Origin: Planctomycetota bacterium
GTDB taxonomy: Bacteria > Planctomycetota > UBA1135 > UBA2386
Reading direction: 5' to 3'
Assembly (NCBI GenBank): GCA_046290465.1
Contig: JBKAGP010000001.1
Span: forward strand, 5,536,001-5,600,000
Length of the DNA stretch: 64,000 nucleotides
Shown here in pieces: positions 47,596-57,323 of the stretch. Both the position numbers and the translations under genes were made by a program. Numbering within the stretch: the first letter of the stretch is position 1; every line of letters begins with the position of its first letter. The notes under the pieces are model-generated. The model had not been told where the DNA came from. It did no database searches and saw only the letters and a program-made list of their open reading frames with translations.

Positions 47596-48552
47596 GTGAT
47601 CCAATCCTCCCTGCGCGTTCCGTCCTGCATCGCGGCCTCGCTGACCGTCGTCCTGTTCGCCGCGGTCGCGTGCCACGCGGCCGGCCACCCCGCCGTCGAA
47701 GTCGTCGCACCGGCGGTCGACGCGACCGAGGCCGTCGACCTGCCCGGCCTGCACAACGTCGTCAGCTACGGGGATCAGATCGTCTGCGGCGGCGTGCCCG
47801 AGGGGCGGCGGGGGCTCGAAGTGCTGCGCGCCATGGGGATCCGCACGGTCGTGTCGGTCGACGGTGCGACCCCGGACGTCGCGACCGCCGAGCAGCTCGG
47901 TCTGCGCTACGTGCACCTGCCGATCAGCTACGACACGGTGACCCGCGAACGGCAGCGCGAGCTGGCCCAGGTGCTGGTCCACGCCGAGCGGCCGATCTAC
48001 ATGCACTGCCACCACGGCAAGCACCGCAGCGCCGCGGCGCTGGCCAGCGCGATGGTGATGTCGGGCACGATGGGGGTCGAGCAGGCCTGCGCGCGCATGT
48101 CCGTGTCCGGCACCTCGCCGAGCTACGAGGGGCTGTGGGAGGCCGTGCGCAGCGCTTCGGCGTTGCCGGCCGAACAGCTGCAGGCCGACATGGCGCAGTT
48201 CCCGTCGGTCGCCGAGGTCAGCGGCATGGTCGGCCTGATGGCCGAGGTCGACGAGGTGATCGACCTGGTGCGCCAGTCGCACGAAGCGGGCTGGCGGGCG
48301 CCCCAGGACCACCCGGACCTGGTCGCCGAGCACGAGACTCGTCGGCTGGCGAGGCTGTTCGCCGACATGCAGCAGGACGAGGAGAGCCGCACCTATCCCG
48401 ACGACTACCAGCAGATGCTCGCGCACAGCATCGACCTGAGCCAACGGCTCGACCAGCGCGTGCGCGCCGGGGACGCCATCGAGGCCGGCAAGCTGCTGGC
48501 GGCGATCGGCACGTCGTGCAAGGCGTGCCACAAGGTCTACCGCAACCGCTGA
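47596..48552 (+). CDS. Exported phosphatase-like (CX5R) domain fused to cytochrome c'-like domain
   Basis: GIRTVVSVD, HCHHGKHRS; C-terminal helical region ending CKACHKVYR. Confidence 0.8.
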   Translation: MIQSSLRVPSCIAASLTVVLFAAVACHAAGHPAVEVVAPAVDATEAVDLPGLHNVVSYGDQIVCGGVPEGRRGLEVLRAMGIRTVVSVDGATPDVATAEQLGLRYVHLPISYDTVTRERQRELAQVLVHAERPIYMHCHHGKHRSAAALASAMVMSGTMGVEQACARMSVSGTSPSYEGLWEAVRSASALPAEQLQADMAQFPSVAEVSGMVGLMAEVDEVIDLVRQSHEAGWRAPQDHPDLVAEHETRRLARLFADMQQDEESRTYPDDYQQMLAHSIDLSQRLDQRVRAGDAIEAGKLLAAIGTSCKACHKVYRNR

Positions 48553-48655
48553 TCCGTCCCGTTCGCCCCGCAACTCCTCGCCGTCGATGCCGATTGCTCC
48601 GATGCCCTCCTTCGCCCTGATCCCGTCCGCCCGTTCGTCGTCTGCTCCGTCCCGC

Positions 48656-49693
48656 ATGGCATGGCGATGGCTGGCCCTTCGTTGGCTGGCCCTTCGTTGG
48701 CTGGCCCTGTGCACGCTGCTGGCAGGATGCAGCAGCAAGGTGTCCGGTCCGAGCATCTACGTCGCGCTCGACCAGCAGTTCAGCGAACGCGTGCTCGACG
48801 GGTTCGCCGGCGAACTCGGCATCGAACTGCGGCAGCGGCACGACGCCGAAAGCAACAAGACCGTCGGCCTGGTCACGGCGATCCTCGAGGATCGCGACCA
48901 CCAGCGCTGCACGGTGTTCTGGAACAACGAGGTCGCGCACACCGCCAGCCTCGCCGAGAAGGGGGTGCTCGAGCCGTACGTCTCGCCCAACGCCGCCGAC
49001 GTGCCGGCGCAGTGGAAGGACCCGAAGGGGCGCTGGACGGCGTTCGCCGCGCGCGCGCGCATCCTGATCGTCAACACCGAGCTGCTGCCCGATCCGTCGA
49101 CTTGGCCGACCAGCTACCGCGATCTGGCCGATCCGAAGTGGAAGGGCCGCTGCGCGATCGCGCGGCCGAAGACCGGCACCACGATGACGCACTTCACGGC
49201 GCTGTGGCAGCTGCTCGGCGACGAGGGGTTGCGGCGTTGGATCGCCGACATGCAGGACAACGACGTCGCGTTCCTCGGCAGCAACGGCGCGACCATGCGC
49301 GCGGTGCGGGACGGCACCAAGGCGTTTGCGTTCACCGACACCGACGACTACCACGTCGCCCGGCTCAAGGGCTTCCCGGTGGCGGCGGTGTTCCCCGACC
49401 AGGGCCCGGACGGCATCGGCACGATGCTGATCCCCAACTCGGTTGCGCTGGTGCGCGGCGGCCCCGACCAGGAGAACGGCAAGCGTCTGATCGACAAGAT
49501 CCTCGAACGTGCCACCGAGGCGCTGCTCGCCGCCGCCGACAGCGCGCAGATCCCGCTGCGCGACGGGGTGCCCGGCCCTGCCGAGCCGTCGATCCCAAAG
49601 CTCGGCGAGTTCCGCCAGATGCAGTGGGACATCACCTGGACCGGCAACCACCTCGGTCGCTTCCAACAGGAGATCCTGCCGCTGTTCCTGTAG
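48656..49693 (+). CDS. ABC transporter substrate-binding lipoprotein, Fe(III)/AfuA-like
   Basis: LAG|C; YVALDQ, LADPKWKG, TDTDD, LIPNSVAL. Confidence 0.88.
   Translation: MAWRWLALRWLALRWLALCTLLAGCSSKVSGPSIYVALDQQFSERVLDGFAGELGIELRQRHDAESNKTVGLVTAILEDRDHQRCTVFWNNEVAHTASLAEKGVLEPYVSPNAADVPAQWKDPKGRWTAFAARARILIVNTELLPDPSTWPTSYRDLADPKWKGRCAIARPKTGTTMTHFTALWQLLGDEGLRRWIADMQDNDVAFLGSNGATMRAVRDGTKAFAFTDTDDYHVARLKGFPVAAVFPDQGPDGIGTMLIPNSVALVRGGPDQENGKRLIDKILERATEALLAAADSAQIPLRDGVPGPAEPSIPKLGEFRQMQWDITWTGNHLGRFQQEILPLFL
48665..48709 (+). repeat. 15-bp tandem repeat x3 encoding (RWLAL)3 in the signal peptide
   Basis: CG(A/T)TGGCTGGCCCT(T/G) three times. Confidence 0.88.
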
Positions 49694-49711
49694 GGAACGG
49701 CGCGGACCGCG

Positions 49712-51298
49712 ATGGTCTCGAAACGGTTCGATCCGGCGAAGGCGCCGCTGTGGTTGGCGCTGGGGTTCCTCCTGGTGTTCGTCTTCGTGCCGCTGGCGGC
49801 GCTCGCGTACGGAACGGTCGCGGGGCCCGACGGCTTCACGCTCGACGCATGGCGCGCGCTGTTCGACGACGACAAGGCCCAGACGCAGCTGCTGGCGTCA
49901 CTGCGGCTCGGCGTCGCGGCGACGGCGTTGTCGGCCCTGCTCGGCGCCGGCCACGCCTGGCTGACCTGCGTCTGCCGCCTGCCCGGCCGTCGCTGGCTGG
50001 CGCCGCTCGGCGTCGCGCCGCTGGCGGTGCCGCCGATCTTCGTCGCGATGGGGTTCACCGACTTCTTCGGCGACGTCAGTGGCTTCTGGCCGTGCGCGCT
50101 GCTGCTCGGGGTCGCGCACGCGCCGTTCGTCGCGGTGTTGGCTGCGCGCGGGCTGCGCGCCGCCGATGGCCGCGCCTACGAGGCAGCGCTGCTGCTGCGC
50201 GGTCGCGGCCCGGCGGATCGCATGCTGCTGCGCAGCGTGATGCCGGAGCTGCTGGCGGGCTGTCTGCTGGCGTTCCTGTTCACGGTCGCCGACCACGGCG
50301 TGCCCGAGTTCTTGACCGTCAAGGGCAAGACCTGGCACACCTACGCCGAAGGCATCTTCTCGCGCTGGACGCGGCGGGCGGTGGGCACCACGTTTGCCGA
50401 ACTGCAGGCGCCGATCGTCGCCGCGCTGCCGTTCGTCGTCGGGCTCGGCTGCCTGCTGTGGGCGGCGCTGCGGCTGCGCGCCGGCGCGCCGGACCGCGGT
50501 GTGGTGCGACCGGTGCCGGCGCAGGAGCTCGGCCGCTGGCGCTGGCCGGCGCTGCTGTTGCCGCTGGTCTACCTCGGCGCGGGCATCGTGCTGCCGGTGG
50601 TCGTGCTGGTGCGCTGGGTATTCGGATCGGCCCAGCGGCGCGAACCGATGGGCCTCGACTACGCACGCGAGAGCTGGGCCAAGGCGATGGACCAGGGCCT
50701 GCCCGACCTGCTGCACTCGCTGTGGCTGGCGCTGGCGGTCGGCGCTCTGGTCGTGCTGCTCGCGATCCCGCTGGCGCGCCAGTCGGCGCGGCGCTGGCCG
50801 TTCCTCGACGTGCTGGCCGCGATGCCGGCCGCGATGCCGGCGATCCTGCTCGGCATCTCGCTGGTGCACACCTTCAACGCCTTCGAGCTGCGCGACGGCT
50901 GGCCGTTCGCGGCGGCCGGCTACGCGGCTCGGCTGCTGCCGTTCGCGGCGATCACGCTGGCGGCACAGGTGCGCCGGCAGCCGCTGGCGGCCGAGGAGGC
51001 GGGCCGGTTCGTGCCCCGTTCGGCGACGGCCCGCGGCCTGCGTCTGCACGTCGCGCCGCTGCTGCCGGCGGCGTGGAGCGCGTTCGTACTGACCTTCGTG
51101 CTGGCGCTGCGCGAACTCGATCTGGCCGTCGTGCTGCCGGCCGCCAACGCCACCGCGGTTCGCCGCCTGGCCAACGCCGTGCACTTCCAGCACGAGGACT
51201 GGAGCGGCGTCATCGCGCTGCTGATCCTGAGCTTCGCGGTGCTGATGCCGCTGATCCCGAGCCTGTTGCTGGGTCGCCGACCCACGTCCCTGTCGTAG
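49712..51298 (+). CDS. ABC transporter permease, Fe(III)/FbpB-like (two modules)
   Basis: PLAVPP, YEAA and EEAG loops, about 12 TM helices. Confidence 0.88.
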   Translation: MVSKRFDPAKAPLWLALGFLLVFVFVPLAALAYGTVAGPDGFTLDAWRALFDDDKAQTQLLASLRLGVAATALSALLGAGHAWLTCVCRLPGRRWLAPLGVAPLAVPPIFVAMGFTDFFGDVSGFWPCALLLGVAHAPFVAVLAARGLRAADGRAYEAALLLRGRGPADRMLLRSVMPELLAGCLLAFLFTVADHGVPEFLTVKGKTWHTYAEGIFSRWTRRAVGTTFAELQAPIVAALPFVVGLGCLLWAALRLRAGAPDRGVVRPVPAQELGRWRWPALLLPLVYLGAGIVLPVVVLVRWVFGSAQRREPMGLDYARESWAKAMDQGLPDLLHSLWLALAVGALVVLLAIPLARQSARRWPFLDVLAAMPAAMPAILLGISLVHTFNAFELRDGWPFAAAGYAARLLPFAAITLAAQVRRQPLAAEEAGRFVPRSATARGLRLHVAPLLPAAWSAFVLTFVLALRELDLAVVLPAANATAVRRLANAVHFQHEDWSGVIALLILSFAVLMPLIPSLLLGRRPTSLS

Positions 51299-51305
51299 CC
51301 TCGCC

Positions 51306-52319
51306 GTGACCCTCGACGTCCACATCGAACGACTCCACTGCCGCCGCGGCCACTTCACGCTCGGTCCACTGTCGCTGCAGATCCCCGCCTCGGCGCGTGT
51401 CGCGATCGTCGGCCCGTCGGGCTCCGGCAAGACCACGCTGCTGCGCTGCCTCGCCGGCCTCGAACGGCCCGGCGCCGGCACCATCCGGATCGGGGGCCGC
51501 ACCGTCTTCGACGATGGCACCGACCTTCCGCCCGCCGAACGAGAACTCGGGCTGGTGTTCCAGGATGGTGCCCTGTGGCCGCACATGAACGCGCTGCAGC
51601 ACCTGTGCTTCGCAGCACCGGGGCTGGCTCGGAACGACGCGCGCGCGCTGCTCGCGCGCGGCGGGCTCGGCGGCCACGAGGGCAAGAAGCCGGCGCAGCT
51701 GTCGGGCGGCGAGGCGCAGCGGCTCGGCCTGCTGCGCGCGCTCGCGCCCGCGCCGAAGGTGCTGCTGCTCGACGAGCCGCTGCGTTCGGTCGACGTGCAC
51801 CAGCGCGACGGCCTGGTCCTGCTGGTTCGCGAACTGTGCGACGAAGGAGCGGTCACGACGATCCTGGTCACGCATGATCGCGACGAGGCGCTGGCGCTGG
51901 CCGACCACCTGGTCGTGATGCGCGACGGCGCGCTGGTCGAGCAGGGGGCCGCGGTCGACCTGCTCGAACGGCCGCGCACCGCGTTCACGGCGTCGTTCCT
52001 GCGCGGCGCCGCGTGCCTGTCGGTTCGATCCGACGGCGACGGTGCCGCGACGGTCTTCGGGCGGCTGCCGCTGGCGCCGGTCGGAGCCGACGCGCAGCGG
52101 CTGGTCGTGTTCCCGGGCGAGGCGGTCGTCGACGACCACGGCCCTGCCGAGGGCCGCGTGCTGGCAGTGCTGCCCGGCGAAGGCGGCGGGCTGCGCGTGC
52201 GCGCCGCCGTCGAGGACCAGATCGTCGTCGCCCGCGCCGACACCGCCCCGGTCGGTGCCGCCGTGCGCCTGCGCCTCGCGGTGCCGCCGCGCCTGCTGCC
52301 CCAAGTCATCGAATCATGA
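51306..52319 (+). CDS. ABC transporter ATP-binding protein
   Basis: GPSGSGKT, VFQD, LSGGE, LLLDEP, VTHD. Confidence 0.92.
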   Translation: MTLDVHIERLHCRRGHFTLGPLSLQIPASARVAIVGPSGSGKTTLLRCLAGLERPGAGTIRIGGRTVFDDGTDLPPAERELGLVFQDGALWPHMNALQHLCFAAPGLARNDARALLARGGLGGHEGKKPAQLSGGEAQRLGLLRALAPAPKVLLLDEPLRSVDVHQRDGLVLLVRELCDEGAVTTILVTHDRDEALALADHLVVMRDGALVEQGAAVDLLERPRTAFTASFLRGAACLSVRSDGDGAATVFGRLPLAPVGADAQRLVVFPGEAVVDDHGPAEGRVLAVLPGEGGGLRVRAAVEDQIVVARADTAPVGAAVRLRLAVPPRLLPQVIES

Positions 52320-53335
52320 GCCTGCCAACCAGACTGACCCTCCTGCTGCTGGTCGTCGGCGCCTTCGTCGGCGTCGTCGCCGTGCTGTCGACCGGCGGCG
52401 CGCCCGACCGCGTCGACGCTGCCGGCGTGCGCTGGGAATCGTCCCGCCAGTGCCGCGACTGCCACCAGGCGCTCTACGACGAGTGGTACGGATCGCACCA
52501 CCAGATCGCGTTCACCAACCCGGAGGTGCGCGAACTCAGCGACGACTTCCGCAAGGAGGAGTGCATGGACTGCCACTTGCCGCGGCCGCTCGCGGTCACC
52601 GGCTTCGGCAGGCGCACGCTGCCGCGCCGCACGCACTTCGACGAAGGCGTCAGCTGCATCACCTGCCACCTGGCGCCCGACGGCGGCATCCTCGGCCGCA
52701 ACGACCGGCCCGAGGTGCCGTGTCGGCCGCAGGCGAGCAAGGAGTTCCTGGCGGTCGACACGTGCGCGTCGTGCCACAACCAGCACGGCACCACCGACCA
52801 GTACCGCCAGAGCCACTACGCGCGCCAGGGCACCGACTGCGCGTCGTGCCACATGCCGGAGGTCGAGCGGGTGCGCGCCGACGGCAGCCGTCGCATGGGG
52901 CGCAAGCACGTCTGGGACGGTTGCCACGACGAGCGCACGCTGCGGAGCGCGGGCCGGTTCGTCGTCGCCCACGAGCAGGGCGAGCTGGTGCTGTCGCTCG
53001 AGAACGTCGGCGCCGGCCACAACTTTCCGACCGAAGAACGGCACCGCGCGGTCGACATGGTCTACCGCTTCGTCACCGAGGCGGGGCCAGGCCCGTGGCA
53101 GCGTGCCTGGCGCTTCCGGCAGCCGTACCGAGACGAGCAGGAGCCGATCAACCCCGGCAACGCTTCTGGCGAGAACACCCAGCTGCCGGCCGGCGCGACC
53201 AAGGCGGTGCGCGTGGCGGTGCCCGACGACGCGGTCGCCGCGGAGGCGCGGCTGTGGTACCGGCTGACCCCGTTCGTCGGCGACGACAGCCCGATGAGCA
53301 CGCTGCTCGACGAGCAGAAGGTGGTGCTGCGATGA
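52316..53335 (+). CDS. Multiheme c-type cytochrome (5 CxxCH)
   Basis: CRDCH, CMDCH, CITCH, CASCH, CASCHMP; NVGAGHNFPT; ATGA overlap with the ATPase gene. Confidence 0.9.
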   Translation: MSLPTRLTLLLLVVGAFVGVVAVLSTGGAPDRVDAAGVRWESSRQCRDCHQALYDEWYGSHHQIAFTNPEVRELSDDFRKEECMDCHLPRPLAVTGFGRRTLPRRTHFDEGVSCITCHLAPDGGILGRNDRPEVPCRPQASKEFLAVDTCASCHNQHGTTDQYRQSHYARQGTDCASCHMPEVERVRADGSRRMGRKHVWDGCHDERTLRSAGRFVVAHEQGELVLSLENVGAGHNFPTEERHRAVDMVYRFVTEAGPGPWQRAWRFRQPYRDEQEPINPGNASGENTQLPAGATKAVRVAVPDDAVAAEARLWYRLTPFVGDDSPMSTLLDEQKVVLR

Positions 53336-54624
53336 TCGGCTCGGCACGGCTCGCCGCAGGCCGGGCGTCGGCCAGTGGCCTGCTGGGTTCGCTCGCGTGC
53401 GCGCTGCTGTTCGCGGCCTGTGGACGCGGGCCCGCCGAAGCCGCTGCACCTGCAGCCACGCCGCTGCCGGCGCTGCAGCTGCGGCCGATGCTGGCAGAAC
53501 TGCGTCGGATCGCCGCCACCCGGCAGGCGCCCGACGAGGCCGCGCAGCGCACGCTGCGCGAGTATGCGTCGGTCGCGCTGCAGCGTGAGCAGGCCGATCC
53601 GCGCACGGCGGCACTGGTGACGCGGCGGCTGCTCGAGGACCCGCAGGCGTGGTTCGTGCTCGAGCCGGCATTGCTCGACGACGACCCCGGGATCCGGCAG
53701 CGCGCCGCCTGGCTGTGCGGCGAGTCGCGGCAGGCCGCGCTGGTGCCGTCGCTGCTGCTGCGCTTGAAGTACGAACTCGATCCCGTCGCGGTGCTCTGGG
53801 TGGCCGACGCGCTGGCCAGGCTCGGCAACGACGCCGGGTTGTCGTGGCTGGCGGGTGCGTTCGAGAACCCCGATACCGCGCCGCAGGCGGGCCGGATGGC
53901 GATCGACGCGCTGCGCGCGCGCGGCGTCGAGGTCGGCGGCGAGCCGTCCTGGGACGATCTGCGGCGGCTGCTCGATGACCAGCTGCGACACTTCCGCGCG
54001 ACCGGCCGTTCGCGGTTGGTCGACGAGGTGCAGCTGGACGAGGGCCAGCTGCGAGCCCAGCTGGCGCACCACCTGCAGACGCCCGAAGGCACCCAGCTGC
54101 GACCGGTCGACGATGCACGCTACATCCTCAACCGGCTCGGCGCCGGCGGCGTGCCGATGTTGATGGCGACGCTGCACGCCGAGGAGCACTACCTGCGCAC
54201 GATGCCGCTGCAGGTGCTGGCCGAGCTCGGTCCCGCCGCCGTCGACGCGGTGCCGGCGGTGCTGCCGCTGCTGGCCGATCCGCTGACGTCGTCCTACGCG
54301 GTGCGCGCGCTCGGCGAGATCGGCGCGGCCGAGGCGCTGCCGCACATCCGGCCGATGCTGGCCGACGTCGACACCGAGCTGCGCGCGGCGGCGACGCAGG
54401 CGCTCGGCCTGCTCGAGGATGCGCCGAGTCGCGCGGCGCTCGAGGCGCGGCTCGCCGACGAGGCCGAGGTGGTCGACGTGCGCGTCGGCGCGGCGTTCGG
54501 CCTGCTCTGCATGGGCGAGCATGCGGCGGCGCGTCGCTACCTCGAACGGCGCAAGGCCGAGGGCGACTACCACGAGCCGACGCTGACGCGACTGCTCGAG
54601 CGACTAGCGGCCAGGAACGGCTGA
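53332..54624 (+). CDS. HEAT repeat lipoprotein
   Basis: FAA|C; repeats L.D.D...R..AA..LG; ATGA overlap with the cytochrome gene. Confidence 0.82.
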   Translation: MIGSARLAAGRASASGLLGSLACALLFAACGRGPAEAAAPAATPLPALQLRPMLAELRRIAATRQAPDEAAQRTLREYASVALQREQADPRTAALVTRRLLEDPQAWFVLEPALLDDDPGIRQRAAWLCGESRQAALVPSLLLRLKYELDPVAVLWVADALARLGNDAGLSWLAGAFENPDTAPQAGRMAIDALRARGVEVGGEPSWDDLRRLLDDQLRHFRATGRSRLVDEVQLDEGQLRAQLAHHLQTPEGTQLRPVDDARYILNRLGAGGVPMLMATLHAEEHYLRTMPLQVLAELGPAAVDAVPAVLPLLADPLTSSYAVRALGEIGAAEALPHIRPMLADVDTELRAAATQALGLLEDAPSRAALEARLADEAEVVDVRVGAAFGLLCMGEHAAARRYLERRKAEGDYHEPTLTRLLERLAARNG

Positions 54625-56193
54625 TCCTGCGCCGCCAGTCGCCTGCGCCGCACCGGCGGTGCCGTCGAACAGCGCCTGCAGCTTCGGCCACAGCACCTGC
54701 GCCACCTCTCGGCCGAGCTCGAGGCCGACGACGTTGTCGGCCTGGATGTGGTAGCCGCCGAGCACGCGGCTGATGCCGGCGAGCTCGGCCGCCTGCCGGA
54801 ACGTGGCGATCGGGATGCGCACGTCGCAGGTCAGCGGTTGGCCGTCGGGTCCCGGTATCGGGAACACGCCGTCGACCTGCTGCATCTGGTCGCAGCTGAC
54901 GCCGGCCTCGGTCAGTTCGCCGGCGACGCGCTCCTCGAGCACGCCGAATCGGTCGCTGCCGGTCAGCAGCCGCAGGATCTCGGCGCAGCCGCCGCTGACG
55001 GTGCTGTGGCCCGACGGGTAGCCAGGGAACGGCGGCGTGATGAAGGTCGACGGCGAGTACGGGTGCCACTGCGAACCCTTCATCTCGACGACGCCCTTGC
55101 CGGGGCCGGCCCAGCCGCGGATCGTCGCGTCCGGGTAGTAGTGGCGGACCAGCGTCCACGGTCGCGACGAGTCGTAGTGGCGCTTGGCGTCCCACGACGC
55201 GATGAACGTGTCCATCGCGGTGACCGCGACCGCCAGGAACAGCTTGACGTCGGCGTCGAGGTCGTTGCCGTCGCGCACCGAGACGTCCTGCGCGAACCGG
55301 AGCCAGTGGCCCGACTGGCCGGTCGAGCGCGGACCGTCGCGCATGAACTCGACCAGTGCCTTCTGGTCCGGGTCGAGCGACGCGTTCATCGCGAGGACCT
55401 CGTCGACCTCGCGGCGCAGCTGCTCGGAGCCGACCAGCGGCGGCGGTCCGGGGCGCAGCTGGTCGCCGCGTTCGAGGCCGAACGGCTGCACGTGCAGCCA
55501 GTGCGGCGTCAAGAACGGCACCACCACCTTGCCGCCGTTGCCGTCGTCGAACGGGATCGGCTGCCAGCGGTCCGGGTCGCGGATCTCGTCGACCGGGTTG
55601 ACCGGTCGGTAGTCGGTGTAGTCCGAGTAGGGGCCGCCGCGGCTGCCGTCGCGGTCGCCGAGCTGGTTGGCGCCGTCGTGGTGCCGTTCGGTCACGATCC
55701 GCGCGGCGATGCGGCGGCCGAGCGCCCCGGCGCTGTCGTCGTCGAGTTCGGCATCGGGGTCGTAGCCGAGGCCCTGCATCTGCTCGCGCAGGTAGTCGCG
55801 GTGGTGCGGGTACTGGTCGATGCAGGCGTCGAACATCGCGTAGGCGATCGCCGCGCGCCGGTTGGCGTCGGTGCGCTCGGCCGGCGGACGGCGCAGCGAC
55901 GCGCCGAAGTACGGGCCGACCGCGACGTCGTCGAAGGCGGCCCACGCCTCGTACATCGCGATCGTCGGGATCGCCATCTGCCGCGACAGGATCGTCGGCC
56001 GGGCGCCGATGCGTTCGACGTCGCGCGCGGCGGCCTCGAGCATCACGTCCATCCAGACGAACGCGAAGCTCTTGTCGTGGCCCTTGGGCGCCTGCATGTG
56101 ACGGACGTGCATGCCGTCGAGATCAGTGGATGCGCAGGCGCCGGCGAGGGCGGCGGCGACGGCCGTGGCGAGAAAGAGGCGGAGCCGCTTCAT
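54604..56193 (-). CDS. Vanadium-dependent haloperoxidase / PAP2 superfamily lipoprotein
   Basis: KRHYDSSRP, YPSGHS, SRVLGGYHIQAD; LAGA|C. Confidence 0.85.
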   Translation of the reverse strand: MKRLRLFLATAVAAALAGACASTDLDGMHVRHMQAPKGHDKSFAFVWMDVMLEAAARDVERIGARPTILSRQMAIPTIAMYEAWAAFDDVAVGPYFGASLRRPPAERTDANRRAAIAYAMFDACIDQYPHHRDYLREQMQGLGYDPDAELDDDSAGALGRRIAARIVTERHHDGANQLGDRDGSRGGPYSDYTDYRPVNPVDEIRDPDRWQPIPFDDGNGGKVVVPFLTPHWLHVQPFGLERGDQLRPGPPPLVGSEQLRREVDEVLAMNASLDPDQKALVEFMRDGPRSTGQSGHWLRFAQDVSVRDGNDLDADVKLFLAVAVTAMDTFIASWDAKRHYDSSRPWTLVRHYYPDATIRGWAGPGKGVVEMKGSQWHPYSPSTFITPPFPGYPSGHSTVSGGCAEILRLLTGSDRFGVLEERVAGELTEAGVSCDQMQQVDGVFPIPGPDGQPLTCDVRIPIATFRQAAELAGISRVLGGYHIQADNVVGLELGREVAQVLWPKLQALFDGTAGAAQATGGAGSAVPGR

Positions 56194-56280
56194 GCCCGCA
56201 TGCTACGCATTCGTCGCGGCGCGTGGGGGGTCCGATTCACCCGGATGCGCCGGGCGGCGCGACGGCCTACGCTGTCGGCC

Positions 56281-57267
56281 ATGTCCGTCCGCTCCGTGAC
56301 CAGCCTGCAGCCGCCGCGCGCGGACCTGCGTTCGCTCTATCCAGAGATCGAGCCGTACGACCACGGCCACCTCGCCGTCGACGACCATCACCAGATCTAC
56401 TACGAGCAGTGCGGCAACCCCGACGGCAAGCCGGTGGTGTTCGTGCACGGTGGCCCCGGCGGCGGCGCCGGTGAGGACTACCGGCGGTTCTTCGATCCGG
56501 CCGCGTACCGGATCGTGCTGTTCGACCAGCGCGGCTGCAAGCGCAGCCGCCCGTACGCGAGCCTGCAGGACAACACGACCTGGGACCTGGTCCGCGACAT
56601 CGAGAAGATCCGCGAGCACCTGGCGATCGAACGGTGGCAGGTGTTCGGCGGCTCGTGGGGCAGCACGCTCAGCCTCGCCTACGCGCAGCAGCACCCCGAA
56701 CGCGTCACCGAACTGGTGCTGCGCGGCATCTTCATGCTGCGGCGCAAGGAGCTGCTCTGGTTCTACCAGGAAGGCGCCAGCAACATCTTCCCCGACGCGT
56801 GGGAGAAGTACCTCGAGCCGATCCCCGAGGTCGAGCGCGGCGACCTGATGAGCGCCTACTACCGGCGCCTGACCAGTGACGACGAACGCACCCGCGTCGC
56901 GGCCGCGCGGGCGTGGTCGATCTGGGAGGGCACGACCAGCCTGCTCTACCGCGACGAGAAGAAGATCGCCGAGACCGGCGCCGACGACTTCGCGGTGGCG
57001 TTCGCGCGCATCGAGTGCCACTACTTCGTGCACGGCGGCTTCTTCGAGACCGAGCAGCAATTGCTGCGCGACGTCGACAAGGTGCGCCACATCCCGACCG
57101 TGGTGGTGCAGGGCCGCTACGACGTCGTCTGCCCGGCGCGTTCGGCGTGGGACCTGCAGCGGGCCTGGCCGGAGTCCGAGCTGGTGATCGTCGAGGACGC
57201 CGGCCACTCGGCGTTCGAACCCGGCATCCGCAGCGCGCTGCTCGAGGCGACCGACCGGTTCCGATAG
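56281..57267 (+). CDS. pip: Proline iminopeptidase
   Basis: HGGPGGG, FDQRGC, FGGSWGS, ARIECHYF, QGRYD, AGHS. Confidence 0.94.
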   Translation: MSVRSVTSLQPPRADLRSLYPEIEPYDHGHLAVDDHHQIYYEQCGNPDGKPVVFVHGGPGGGAGEDYRRFFDPAAYRIVLFDQRGCKRSRPYASLQDNTTWDLVRDIEKIREHLAIERWQVFGGSWGSTLSLAYAQQHPERVTELVLRGIFMLRRKELLWFYQEGASNIFPDAWEKYLEPIPEVERGDLMSAYYRRLTSDDERTRVAAARAWSIWEGTTSLLYRDEKKIAETGADDFAVAFARIECHYFVHGGFFETEQQLLRDVDKVRHIPTVVVQGRYDVVCPARSAWDLQRAWPESELVIVEDAGHSAFEPGIRSALLEATDRFR

Positions 57268-57323
57268 GCCGGCCGCGCAGCGTCCGGTTGACGGCCCGGG
57301 TGGCCGGGCCGCATCCTGCTGGC

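Noticed and set aside
17423..56193. Deiodinase plus haloperoxidase as one halogen-cycling locus
   Set aside because: They are about 36 kb apart with unrelated genes between; nothing indicates linkage.
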